This document shows positions 16,874 through 25,921 of a stretch of 34,655 nucleotides of DNA, in pieces. Position 1 is the stretch's first letter; every line of letters begins with the position of its first letter. A program made the translations under genes and the position numbers. Source of the DNA: a virus (taxonomy: Duplodnaviria > Caudoviricetes); IMG/VR virus record IMGVR_UViG_3300007959_000008, positions 1 through 34,655 of that record, one strand, 5' to 3'. The notes under the pieces were generated by a model. That model saw only the letters and a program-made list of their open reading frames with translations, was not told the origin of the DNA and made no database searches.

Positions 16874-17363
16874 GGCGTTTGCTTTCCTGAGTGACAAGAT
16901 CAAAGACCTACCCGCCGGGTTGCACGTGCTGGAATTCGGGGCGCATGACGTGAATGGATCTCCGCGTGCGCTGTTCAAAGACGTTGCCGAATACTTCGGC
17001 GTTGACCCGTGGCCTGGGAGGGGCGTGGACTGGATGGGATACGCGCAGGACTACGACGGGCAAGAGCGTTTCGACGTGGTGATTACCGCCGAAGCGATGG
17101 AACACGACGCAGACGCGGCGGGACAGATTGCGAGCGCGTGGATGGCGTTGAAACCGGGCGGGACGCTGTTACTTACTTCCGCCGCCGAACCGCGCCTGCC
17201 CCACCGTTGCGACGGGACACAGGGCGACATGCGCGGAGAACATTACGCCAATATCGCCCCGGCTGAACTTGCGGACTGGTTGCGCGACTGGGTGGAAGTG
17301 TCCATCACGCACGACACGAATCACGGCGACGTTTACGCGGTGGCGGTGAAACCATGCGACTAA
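16863..17363 (+). CDS. Class I SAM-dependent methyltransferase
   Basis: VLEFGAHDVNGS, FDVVITAEAMEH, LKPGGTLLL. Confidence 0.92.
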   Translation: MHFEAFAFLSDKIKDLPAGLHVLEFGAHDVNGSPRALFKDVAEYFGVDPWPGRGVDWMGYAQDYDGQERFDVVITAEAMEHDADAAGQIASAWMALKPGGTLLLTSAAEPRLPHRCDGTQGDMRGEHYANIAPAELADWLRDWVEVSITHDTNHGDVYAVAVKPCD

Positions 17364-18085
17364 TCACCGGATGCAACGCGGGCTACCTGCCGCGCATAAT
17401 GCCCTACCTCGAAAGTTTGCACCAATACGCCGACTTCCCCGTGTCGTTCGTTGGTGTCGGGTTCCAGCCGGATTACACGCAAGGGGCGACGCAATCCGTA
17501 TTCATGGACGCGCGGCTCAACGCGGGCGCACCGCCTGAAACGCAATGTATCCAGCACGGCAGCTTCCTGAACATCATCAAAGGCGACGCGAGCGAAACCT
17601 TGCTGTACACCGACGGTGACATGGCGATGCAGCGCAAGTTGGATGACGAGGAACGCGCATTTCTAACGTTGGAGGGCAACCAAGTTGTGGTTGGGCTGAA
17701 CTTCGGGTGGCAATCAACGCTCATCAACGACGCGAAGCTACTCGGACAACAAATCAGCGACGCGGAACTGGTCGAACGCTACGGCGAGTACGTCCACACG
17801 CACCAGGATTACAACGTTGGATTCCTGGCGATGACGCGCCAGACGTGGGAAATCGTCTACGGCGAGTACATGCGAGACTGGGCCGACATCTGCGGCGTGT
17901 TCTCGCACATGGCGCGGCAGCAATGGCTGATTAGTTGGGAACTTGCGAAGCTCGGGCTGACCGTGAAAATCGCGCCGTGGAGTTTGCACGCGCACGGTCA
18001 CGGCGGGCTGAAGCCGGGGATGCACTACGGCGACGGTGGGTTGTGGGCTGACGGGAAGCTGGCGGCGTGGAGGCATCATGCTTGA
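17354..18085 (+). CDS. Putative GT-A fold glycosyltransferase
   Basis: LYTDGD (DxD), YNVGFL, and a QWLI motif at the usual DQ/EQ position; context between sugar genes. Confidence 0.7.
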   Translation: MRLITGCNAGYLPRIMPYLESLHQYADFPVSFVGVGFQPDYTQGATQSVFMDARLNAGAPPETQCIQHGSFLNIIKGDASETLLYTDGDMAMQRKLDDEERAFLTLEGNQVVVGLNFGWQSTLINDAKLLGQQISDAELVERYGEYVHTHQDYNVGFLAMTRQTWEIVYGEYMRDWADICGVFSHMARQQWLISWELAKLGLTVKIAPWSLHAHGHGGLKPGMHYGDGGLWADGKLAAWRHHA

Positions 18086-19088
18086 CGTTCTCGTAGTCGG
18101 CGCGGGTCTTTACGGCGCGACATGCGCCCGGATGCTAACCGACGCCGGGAAGCGCGTGACGGTGATCGAACGCCGCGCCGAAGTCGGCGGCAACTGTCAC
18201 GACAGCATTGTAGACGAGGTGCGCGTATCGTCTCACGGTGGCCACATCTTCCACACGAACAGCGAGCGCATCTGGCAGTTTGTTGGAAGGTTTGCCGACT
18301 GGTTGCCTTACATCCACCGCGTCAAAGCCAATGTAGGCGGGCGGCTGTACTCCTTCCCCCCGAACCGCACCACGTTCGAGCAGTTAGGGATTGCGCCAGA
18401 CGCGCCGGAAGCGGAGAGCGTCATTCGCAAGGCGTTTTTCGAGGGTTACACCGCGAAACAATGGGGCCGCCCCATCGAGGACGTTCCAGCGGGCGTACTC
18501 GCAAGAATACCTATACGCACGATCGCCGATGACCGCTATTTCACCGATACCTATCAGGGACTACCCGCCGATGGGTACACGGCGCTGATTACGCGGATGC
18601 TGGGCGGCATCGAAGTGCAAACCGGCGTGGATTACCTCTCCGATGAACAGCATTGGAACGCGCAGGCGGCGCAGGTGATTTACACCGGGGCGCTGGATGC
18701 GTACTACCACTACGACGCCGGGGTGCTGGCGTATCGCTCGCTTCGATTCGACACGCGGCACGTGAAGGCGAAGCAGTTTCAGGGCGCTGCGACGGTGAAT
18801 TACTGCGACGCGGACGTGCCTTACACGCGGATTATGGACTGGGGATACTTTTGGCCGCACGAGGGAAACGACACGGTTATCACGGCTGAATACCCGGCGG
18901 CAAGCGGGGAACCTTACTACCCGGTAAACGACGCGGCGAACAACACGATCCACGCGAAGTACGCGCAACGCGCAAAGCGGGCGGGCTGGCTCCATATCGG
19001 GGGGCGGTTGGGCGCTTATCAGTATTGGAACATGGATCAGGCAATCGGCGCGGCTATCGCGCTTTCTGAAAAGTTACTGAAGGGGTGA
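18078..19088 (+). CDS. glf: UDP-galactopyranose mutase
   Basis: VVGAGLYG FAD motif, VGGNC, GHIFHT, YTAKQWG, YFTDTYQGLP, EPYYPV, GRLGAYQYWNMDQAI. Confidence 0.93.
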   Translation: MLDVLVVGAGLYGATCARMLTDAGKRVTVIERRAEVGGNCHDSIVDEVRVSSHGGHIFHTNSERIWQFVGRFADWLPYIHRVKANVGGRLYSFPPNRTTFEQLGIAPDAPEAESVIRKAFFEGYTAKQWGRPIEDVPAGVLARIPIRTIADDRYFTDTYQGLPADGYTALITRMLGGIEVQTGVDYLSDEQHWNAQAAQVIYTGALDAYYHYDAGVLAYRSLRFDTRHVKAKQFQGAATVNYCDADVPYTRIMDWGYFWPHEGNDTVITAEYPAASGEPYYPVNDAANNTIHAKYAQRAKRAGWLHIGGRLGAYQYWNMDQAIGAAIALSEKLLKG

Positions 19089-19091
19089 CAT

Positions 19092-19490
19092 ATGGCAATC
19101 CAATTATCGGCTGAAGTACGAAACGCGCGGCTGGACGCGATTGAAACCACCATCGGGGCATCTCCAACCCTGCGCATCTATGACCTGACGGCTGGCGCAC
19201 CGGCCAACACCGCCGCCGCAATCACGGGCGGGACGCTGGCAGAAATGACGCTGCCCGCCGACTGGATGGGCGGGGCCACGGCTGGCGCGAAGGCGATTTC
19301 AGGGACGTGGACAGATGGGACGGCGAACGCGGCAGGCACGGCGGACTTCTTCCGCATCTACGCCGGAACGCTGTGCCACTTGCAAGGCGTGGTTGGCGCG
19401 GGACAGGACATGACGCTTGACAATTACGTCATCGCCGCCGGTCAAGCCGTGACCATTACCGGGTTCACCCTGACGGACGGCAACGCCTAG
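19092..19490 (+). CDS. Putative virion structural protein
   Basis: RNARLDAI...LRIY...GTADFFRI pattern seen in phage structural modules. Confidence 0.65.
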   Translation: MAIQLSAEVRNARLDAIETTIGASPTLRIYDLTAGAPANTAAAITGGTLAEMTLPADWMGGATAGAKAISGTWTDGTANAAGTADFFRIYAGTLCHLQGVVGAGQDMTLDNYVIAAGQAVTITGFTLTDGNA

Positions 19491-19493
19491 CAC

Positions 19494-20822
19494 ATGGCAA
19501 CGATAAACGCGGCGATTGCGGCGGGTGCGGATGATGTGGCCCTTGACGGGAACGGATTTGACATCGCCAACGGGTATCCCGTGCTTGGGAACGACGGCAC
19601 TAACTGCATCTATGCGTTTCGCGTGGCAGTCAGCGGGTTAGCCGGGGCAACCATCACCGCCGCGTACATCGACAACGTCAACCAGGCCAACGGCGGCGCG
19701 GCCTCCCCCACCCTGGCGATCTACGCGGAAGACGCGCAGACCCCGGCACGCATCACGTCGCTGAACGACCTCAACGGGCGCACCCGCACCACCGCAAAAG
19801 TGGATTGGGATGTGGCGTGGACGGGCTACAACACCAAAGATTCGCCGTCCATCGTCTCGATCATTCAGGAACTCGCCGACAGTTACGACCCGACATACAT
19901 CCAGATTTTCATCCAGAACGACGGCGGCGCGGCGGGCGTGCAGGTCTATGCCTATGAGGGCGAGTACCCGCCGACATTGCACATCGAGTACACGCCGGGA
20001 AGCAGCGGAATCAGCGGCACGGTAAACGCCGCGCTCGGGGCGCTTACGGCTTCATCGGCGGGCGTCGTTGCCATCAAGGGGCAGGTGTCCAAAACGCTTG
20101 CCGCGATGACCGCCACAAGTGCCGGGGCCGTTGCCATCAAAGGCGCGACGGCGAAAACACTCGGAGCGTTGACTGTATCTGCCAGCGGATCGGTTGGAAC
20201 GATTGTCACCACCGGAACGCTGAACGCAACACTTGGGGCGTTGACCGTAAGCGCAAGCGGCAAGGTGGCTATCGCCGGGCAGGTGTCAAAGACGCTCGGA
20301 GCATTGATAAGCACGTCTACTGGCGTCCTTCCTATCAAGGGGCAGGTAAGCGCCACATTAGGCGCGTTGACCGTGACCGCGACGGGTGCGCAGGGTAACA
20401 CCAACTACGGGCGGGTAAATTCCACGCTGGGCGCATTGACCGCCAACGCATCCGGGGTTGTGGCAATCAGGGGCGCGACAAATTCGACGCTTGGGACGTT
20501 GGTCGGGGCATCGACCGGAACGATTGCCATCCGGGGCGCATCCGCCAACACATTGGGCGCGCTGACCGCAAACGCGCACGGCACGAGCGCAATCACCGGG
20601 CAACTCAACGCGACGCTCGCCGCCCTGGTGGTGGTGGCAACGGCGGCGGCAGTATTCCCGGCCACGGGCGCGGGCAACCGGAAGACGTTGAGGGCTAACG
20701 CGCGGGGAAGCGCGAGCGCGGGCGGCAGGACGCCCATCACCACCGGAAAGCGCGAAACCATTGACATAGACACGCGGCGCATCCGCGCAAACGAAAGAGA
20801 GGAAGACAACTATGGCGACTGA
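19494..20822 (+). CDS. Putative virion fibre/appendage protein: globular N-domain plus 21-aa repeats
   Basis: Ten GxxxxTLGALTxxxxG repeats after a YPPTLHIEY domain end. Confidence 0.7.
   Translation: MATINAAIAAGADDVALDGNGFDIANGYPVLGNDGTNCIYAFRVAVSGLAGATITAAYIDNVNQANGGAASPTLAIYAEDAQTPARITSLNDLNGRTRTTAKVDWDVAWTGYNTKDSPSIVSIIQELADSYDPTYIQIFIQNDGGAAGVQVYAYEGEYPPTLHIEYTPGSSGISGTVNAALGALTASSAGVVAIKGQVSKTLAAMTATSAGAVAIKGATAKTLGALTVSASGSVGTIVTTGTLNATLGALTVSASGKVAIAGQVSKTLGALISTSTGVLPIKGQVSATLGALTVTATGAQGNTNYGRVNSTLGALTANASGVVAIRGATNSTLGTLVGASTGTIAIRGASANTLGALTANAHGTSAITGQLNATLAALVVVATAAAVFPATGAGNRKTLRANARGSASAGGRTPITTGKRETIDIDTRRIRANEREEDNYGD
20016..20655 (+). repeat. Intragenic degenerate tandem repeat, about 63-bp unit, ten copies
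   Basis: Protein unit GQVSKTLGALTVSASGxVAIK with longer linkers after copies 3 and 6. Confidence 0.85.
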
Positions 20823-21666
20823 GATTATATGCGCCGTGCAATCTGTGAGTGAAATTCGCACCTATTTCGCGGACTTCACGAACGACCTGCCGACCGGCGT
20901 GACCGTAGCTAGCGCGACGGCAACGCACACGCCCCCAAGTGGAACGGCGGTAAACCCGACCGTTGGAACGATTGCTTCCAATATCGCGCCTATCACCGTA
21001 CCGGCCTTGACCGTTGTGGGGACGCATATCGTGAGCGTGGTCGCGACGCTTAACAGCGGGGATAAAAGCGAAATTCGTTTGCTCATCCCGGTTCAATGGA
21101 CTGCCGCACGCGCAACGATGAGCGATTTGTTGCAGGACTTACGCGCGATGACGGATGCAAGCAGCAACGATTACACCGTGGCGGGGCAACCGTACTGGAC
21201 AGACATTCAGCTACAAAACATCCTTGACCAACGCCGCATCTCGATGAAGTTCACGCAATTGGACGTGATCCCCGATTACAGCGGCGGGTCATACACCTAC
21301 ACCGAATACCGCATCCCCTTGCGAAACGTGGAAGGCGGGACGGCTTCGATGCGCGTGATGGACGCGGGCGGGGTTGAAATCGCGGCGGCTGGCTACACCT
21401 TCGACCGGGCGCGGAGCGTGATCGTGTTCACCACTGACCAGGCGGCGGCTTCACGGTTCATCACGGCGAACTCGTACAACCTCGAAATGGCGGCGGCGGA
21501 CGTGTGGAAGCGCAAGGCATCGCACTACGCCACGGCTTACGACATTTCAACCGATAACCACAGCCTGAAACGCTCTCAACTTGTGGCGCAATGCCGCGAA
21601 CAGGCGCGTTACTACGAATCCATGGGCGGGGCGTCATCGGTGACGATGGAACGGGGGGATTGCTGA
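20812..21666 (+). CDS. Head-tail adaptor/neck protein with an extra N-terminal domain
   Basis: LQDLRAMT...WTDIQLQNILD...AAADVWKRKA...LKRSQL adaptor pattern. Confidence 0.65.
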   Translation: MATEIICAVQSVSEIRTYFADFTNDLPTGVTVASATATHTPPSGTAVNPTVGTIASNIAPITVPALTVVGTHIVSVVATLNSGDKSEIRLLIPVQWTAARATMSDLLQDLRAMTDASSNDYTVAGQPYWTDIQLQNILDQRRISMKFTQLDVIPDYSGGSYTYTEYRIPLRNVEGGTASMRVMDAGGVEIAAAGYTFDRARSVIVFTTDQAAASRFITANSYNLEMAAADVWKRKASHYATAYDISTDNHSLKRSQLVAQCREQARYYESMGGASSVTMERGDC

Positions 21667-22016
21667 TGGACACCGGCGAACTGGAAAGATTACGCGCCGA
21701 CCTTGACGCGCTGTTACCTGATACCGCCTACATCCTGAGCGTCACCTACTCCCCGGATGGGTACGGCGGGCTTTCGGAAACCTGGGGAACGGCCTCGACC
21801 TGCCTGTGTCGCATCGACCCGCTACGCGGCGGGGAAGTGCTGACCGGCGGCGCGGTGCAACCGTGGCATGGCTACCAGTTTACCGCGCCTCATGGCGTGA
21901 CGCTCACGAGCGAAAACCGCGTCAAGATTGGGGCGGTGACGTACTCGGTGAAATCCGTGGACGCCGGGAAGTCGTGGGCGGGATCGACGCGGGTGGTGTT
22001 GGAGGTGATCGAGTGA
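21666..22016 (+). CDS. Head closure/stopper protein, SPP1 gp16-like
   Basis: DGYGGLSETW, NRVKIGAVTYSV; gene order. Confidence 0.8.
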   Translation: MDTGELERLRADLDALLPDTAYILSVTYSPDGYGGLSETWGTASTCLCRIDPLRGGEVLTGGAVQPWHGYQFTAPHGVTLTSENRVKIGAVTYSVKSVDAGKSWAGSTRVVLEVIE

Positions 22017-22462
22017 ATGAGGTAAAGCTGGATACTCGCGAGTTGGACAAGATAGCGGGGAAGTTGAATTGGACGCGCAAACAAATCGGGAAGCGCATCG
22101 CCTTCGAGATTGAATCGGAAGCGAAACAACTCGCTCCAAAGCAAACTACCGCGCTCGAAAGCAGCCACTGCACCGTCACAGATGATTACAACGGATACCC
22201 GGCGGCGAGCGCGGCGGCAAAGGCGGCAAATCCAAAAGTAACCACTTCTCCAATTCCAGTCCCTACCGGAAACATTATCGCCAACGTCGGCCCGTGTGTA
22301 GATTATGCCGAAGCGGTTGAGTTCGGACACCTGACAAGACCGTTTCGTAAAACGTCAGGATGTCAAAGGTTTGTCGCTGCTCATCCTTTTCTGACGCCCG
22401 CCGTTGAGCATGTGGCGCAAAAGTACAACAGCGGCGCGGCGTGGAAGGAGTTAGTCGAATGA
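22013..22462 (+). CDS. Tail completion protein, HK97 gp10-like
   Basis: AKQLAPKQTTALESS, YAEAVEFG, AHPFLTPA. Confidence 0.85.
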   Translation: MNEVKLDTRELDKIAGKLNWTRKQIGKRIAFEIESEAKQLAPKQTTALESSHCTVTDDYNGYPAASAAAKAANPKVTTSPIPVPTGNIIANVGPCVDYAEAVEFGHLTRPFRKTSGCQRFVAAHPFLTPAVEHVAQKYNSGAAWKELVE

Positions 22463-22854
22463 ACGAGTTGAGCGCGGCGATTTACAGCACGTTGACCGGC
22501 GGAACGGCGCTCACCACATTGCTGGGCGGGTCGGCGGTCTACCACCACAAGGCCCCGGATAACGCACCCCTGCCCTACGTCGTTTTCAACAAGCAGGGCG
22601 GCGGACCCGAAAACAGCCACCCGGATGACGCGCGGGATTACGTGTATTTCATCCGGGGCTACGCGGCAAGCGCGAAGGCCGCCGGGGACATTGACGCGGC
22701 GGTGAGCGCACTATTACACCGCAAGGGTATGACCGTGACTGGCTGGAATTGCTTCTGGCTGGCGCGTGAAACGGACTTGGAGTCTGAGGAAACAACGCCC
22801 GCCGGGGTGAGTGTGTACATGGCTGGCGCAATCTACCGTATTCGCATCGTTTGA
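22459..22854 (+). CDS. Tail terminator protein, DUF3168 / SPP1 gp17-like
   Basis: AIYSTL...VYHHKAP...PYVVF; directly before the tail tube gene. Confidence 0.8.
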   Translation: MNELSAAIYSTLTGGTALTTLLGGSAVYHHKAPDNAPLPYVVFNKQGGGPENSHPDDARDYVYFIRGYAASAKAAGDIDAAVSALLHRKGMTVTGWNCFWLARETDLESEETTPAGVSVYMAGAIYRIRIV

Positions 22855-22869
22855 TAAGGAGTTTGAGAA

Positions 22870-23280
22870 ATGGCTAACAACGAATTTGCGGGAAGCGCGT
22901 TATTCGCGCATTGGATTTGGAGCGGCGGGACGTTGGTAATTTCGGCTGAAAACCGCAACTTCTCGTACAACGAATCCATTGAAACCATCGACGCCACGGC
23001 TGGCAGCGACGCCACCCGGCGCAAGATTGCGTCTTTCAAGTCGGCAACTGCCGCGCTGTCGATGACCGCGCAGTCGGACGGTACCGCGCTGATTACCGCG
23101 CTGGCGGCTGGCGTCGTGGGTACGTTGATTTTCGGCGAAGCCGGTTCTGTGGCCGGAAAGCCGAAAACCACCCTGCCCGCGCTGTCACTGGGTATCTCGC
23201 GCTCGGTTCCTTACGCCGATGTCGTGACCTATGACATCAGTTGGGAATCGAACGGCGACCCGACTTATGGAGTGTGGTAG
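22870..23280 (+). CDS. Major tail tube protein
   Basis: ETIDAT and DVVTYDISWESNG patterns; TAAGGAG RBS; gene order. Confidence 0.8.
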   Translation: MANNEFAGSALFAHWIWSGGTLVISAENRNFSYNESIETIDATAGSDATRRKIASFKSATAALSMTAQSDGTALITALAAGVVGTLIFGEAGSVAGKPKTTLPALSLGISRSVPYADVVTYDISWESNGDPTYGVW

Positions 23281-23283
23281 ACC

Positions 23284-23520
23284 ATGAGCGATTTGAAAAT
23301 TGGAAACGTTGAAATCACTTTCGACGTGGAAGCCGTGACCGTCACCGAACACCGCAAGTTCGCGAAGGGTTCGATGCTGGAAGACCAGGACGATGGGTTT
23401 CTCGCCAAAGTGACCGGGCAGCCGGTGGAATGGATTCGCGGGCTTACGTGGCAATTTTACCGCCGGTTAGTAGCGGGGTATTTCGCCAAGGCGAACAGTC
23501 CACTTAGCGACCCAAACTAG
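23284..23520 (+). CDS. Tail assembly chaperone (gpG-like)
   Basis: Between tail tube and tape measure genes; ends at a slippery site. Confidence 0.8.
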   Translation: MSDLKIGNVEITFDVEAVTVTEHRKFAKGSMLEDQDDGFLAKVTGQPVEWIRGLTWQFYRRLVAGYFAKANSPLSDPN

Positions 23521-23738
23521 GCAAGCGGGTTTACTTCAACTACGCCGACGGTAAGCCTGCGCCGTGGGAACAGATCATCTGGGAGATGGCAGAGCATTTT
23601 CATTGGTCGCTCGAATACGTGGAGGCTCTGCCACTCTCCCGGTTACACGAATGGATACAGATCACAGACGGGCGTAGCAAGGGCATCGCTGAGGCGCGAA
23701 GGCGCGCGACGTTTCTAGCGGGGAAGGGCGGTAAATAA
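23511..23738 (+). CDS. -1 frameshift extension of the chaperone (gpGT-like), not in the ORF track
   Basis: C CCA AAC at 23511-23517. The -1 frame is open for 73 codons (MAEHFHWSLEYVEALP) to a TAA overlapping the tape measure ATG. Confidence 0.85.
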   Translation, partial: PKLGKRVYFNYADGKPAPWEQIIWEMAEHFHWSLEYVEALPLSRLHEWIQITDGRSKGIAEARRRATFLAGKGGK

Positions 23739-25921
23739 TGGCGGGACGCATCGGAAGTTTATACGCAGAGATTGGTGCGGATACGACAAAACTACAGCGC
23801 GGGTTGGCGGACGCGAAAACGGCGCTCGGGCAAACGAAGGCCGACATGCAAAAGACCGCCGACGCCGCGACCCGCCTCGGGGCCGATTTCAGACAGACCG
23901 GCGCGATCACAGATGACTGGATTGGAGCGCTACGCGCGTCCACCCCGGAAAACGCAAAATACGCGCAGTCCGTCGAGCGAATCACAGGCGAGTTTCAGGC
24001 GGGCAAGATCAGCGCGGGGCAAGCCGCCGATCAATTGGAAGCCGTTCGGAACGAAATGAGGCAATCGGAAGCCGCCGCCAAAAAAATGGAGGGCGGGCTG
24101 ACCGGCGTCAAGAACAAGTTTGACGAATTCAAATCTTCATTACTTCCGGCGGCGGCAATTGTCGGCGGCTTCGGTCTGGCGCTCAAAAAGACCTACGACA
24201 TGGCCAAGGAAGGCGCGGCGCTTGAATTCGCGCAGGGCAAGTTCGAACGGCTGGCTGAGAGCATCGGGACGACTTCCGATGTTCTTCTTGGCGACCTGAA
24301 AAAGGCCACGCGCGGCACGGTCAGCGACATGACGTTGATGGGGAGCGCGGGCGATTTCATGGCGCTGGGGCTGGCAAAGTCGCGCGAGGAAGTGGTGCGG
24401 TTGACACGCGTGGCCGGTGCGCTGGGCATGGACATGAACCAGTTGGTGCTGACGCTGACCAACCAGACCACCATGCGATTCGACGCGCTAGGCGTGAGCG
24501 TGGACGGGTTCGATGAGAAGGTGGCCGCGCTGAAGGCGACCGGGATGGACGCGAATAAGGCGTTCACCGAGGCGTTCTTGCGACAGGCAGAGGAACAAAT
24601 TACGAAGGTTGGCGACAAGGCCGACACAACGGCTGGAAAATTCGCAACCTTTGAGGCCAACGTCGCGAATCTTTCAACCGAGATGAAGATGCGCCTTGTT
24701 CCAGTCGCAGACCGCGTTATCACGGCGCTCAATGGGATGATGACGTGGGAAAAGGGAATGGTCGGCGTCATTCAGGAACACGAGGGCGCGGTTCGCACTT
24801 CGGCGAAATCCTACGACGAATACAACGCCGAAATGGAGCGCTCCATCAAGTTGGCGAACATTATGACGCCTGAATTCATCCATGCGGCGGGCGGGTACGA
24901 TAAGGCGCGTAAATCGCTCGGGTTGCTGACAGAGGCCGAGTTCAGATGGTCGCGGGCGCAACAGGACGGCACGCTGGCGGCAAAAGACATGAACGAGGTG
25001 CTTGCCACGCGCAACGCCGTCATCGAAGAGGCACGCGAACGCACGGCGAAGTTCGCAGAGGAAAATCAGCGGGCGCGCGAATATCAAGAGATGCTTACCG
25101 AACGGCAGGACGCTTATTCAGCAGCCGTTGAAAACGGAAGTATCAAAGTCCAGACCTATAACGACGAAGTAAACCGCATCGTACCCGCATCGGACGACGC
25201 GGCGGCGGCTACTGAAAACCTGAAAACCAAAATTATCGGTCTGGATGACATCGACCCGCAATTCGGGAACAAGATCGTCAGCGCGCTGGACGACCTGAAA
25301 TTCCAACTGGCGGGCGGCCTTCCGTTGCAGAAGATGACCGACGACATTATCGCCGCGTTCGACGCCGGGAAAATCACCCCGGAACAGGCACAAGGCATGT
25401 TGGGCGAGGCGTTTGTCGGTAGCGAATCCCTTAAAGTGAAGATGGGAGAGATTACCGCCGATGACGCCGCCAAAAGCGTTAGCGAAACGCTGAACGTTTC
25501 ACTTGATGACGCCAAGAAGCTCATCGCCGACATGGACAGCGGACTACGCAACCTGCCGACAAGCATCGACGTACGACTGAATTTCATTGAAACGGGCGAT
25601 CGATCACCGGGGCGAACGTCAAACGCGCCCGCTAATTTTGTGGAAGATTGGTCACTTGATAACGGGACCGGGAACGTCGCGCGCGCCTCCGGCGGCCCCG
25701 TCTACCCCGGCATGACCATCTCTGACTGGCGCACCACGTCGGGACAGAACGAAGTGATGATCCAACAGCCGGGGTATGTCCTCACCGAGCAGGAAGCGAA
25801 GGACGCCCTGGCGGGTGCGCGGGGCGGCGCGACGATCAAAGTGACGCAGATCATCAACACGCCGCTTGACTACGTAGAGGCGGCGGCGGAGATTGAGGAA
25901 ATAGTGCGGAGGAACAGATAA
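23738..25921 (+). CDS. Tape measure protein
   Basis: 727 aa, helical and Ala-rich; IGSLYAEIGADT N-terminus; RASGGPV C-terminal motif. Confidence 0.92.
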   Translation: MAGRIGSLYAEIGADTTKLQRGLADAKTALGQTKADMQKTADAATRLGADFRQTGAITDDWIGALRASTPENAKYAQSVERITGEFQAGKISAGQAADQLEAVRNEMRQSEAAAKKMEGGLTGVKNKFDEFKSSLLPAAAIVGGFGLALKKTYDMAKEGAALEFAQGKFERLAESIGTTSDVLLGDLKKATRGTVSDMTLMGSAGDFMALGLAKSREEVVRLTRVAGALGMDMNQLVLTLTNQTTMRFDALGVSVDGFDEKVAALKATGMDANKAFTEAFLRQAEEQITKVGDKADTTAGKFATFEANVANLSTEMKMRLVPVADRVITALNGMMTWEKGMVGVIQEHEGAVRTSAKSYDEYNAEMERSIKLANIMTPEFIHAAGGYDKARKSLGLLTEAEFRWSRAQQDGTLAAKDMNEVLATRNAVIEEARERTAKFAEENQRAREYQEMLTERQDAYSAAVENGSIKVQTYNDEVNRIVPASDDAAAATENLKTKIIGLDDIDPQFGNKIVSALDDLKFQLAGGLPLQKMTDDIIAAFDAGKITPEQAQGMLGEAFVGSESLKVKMGEITADDAAKSVSETLNVSLDDAKKLIADMDSGLRNLPTSIDVRLNFIETGDRSPGRTSNAPANFVEDWSLDNGTGNVARASGGPVYPGMTISDWRTTSGQNEVMIQQPGYVLTEQEAKDALAGARGGATIKVTQIINTPLDYVEAAAEIEEIVRRNR

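Noticed and set aside
15096-19088. Cassette as a host polysaccharide locus, misassembly or Gtr-type serotype converter
   Set aside because: It is co-oriented and tightly joined to phage structural genes on both sides, and has no flippase, polymerase or membrane glycosyltransferase.
20016-20655. Tandem repeat as a non-coding array
   Set aside because: It is in frame, degenerate at synonymous positions and conserved at the protein level.
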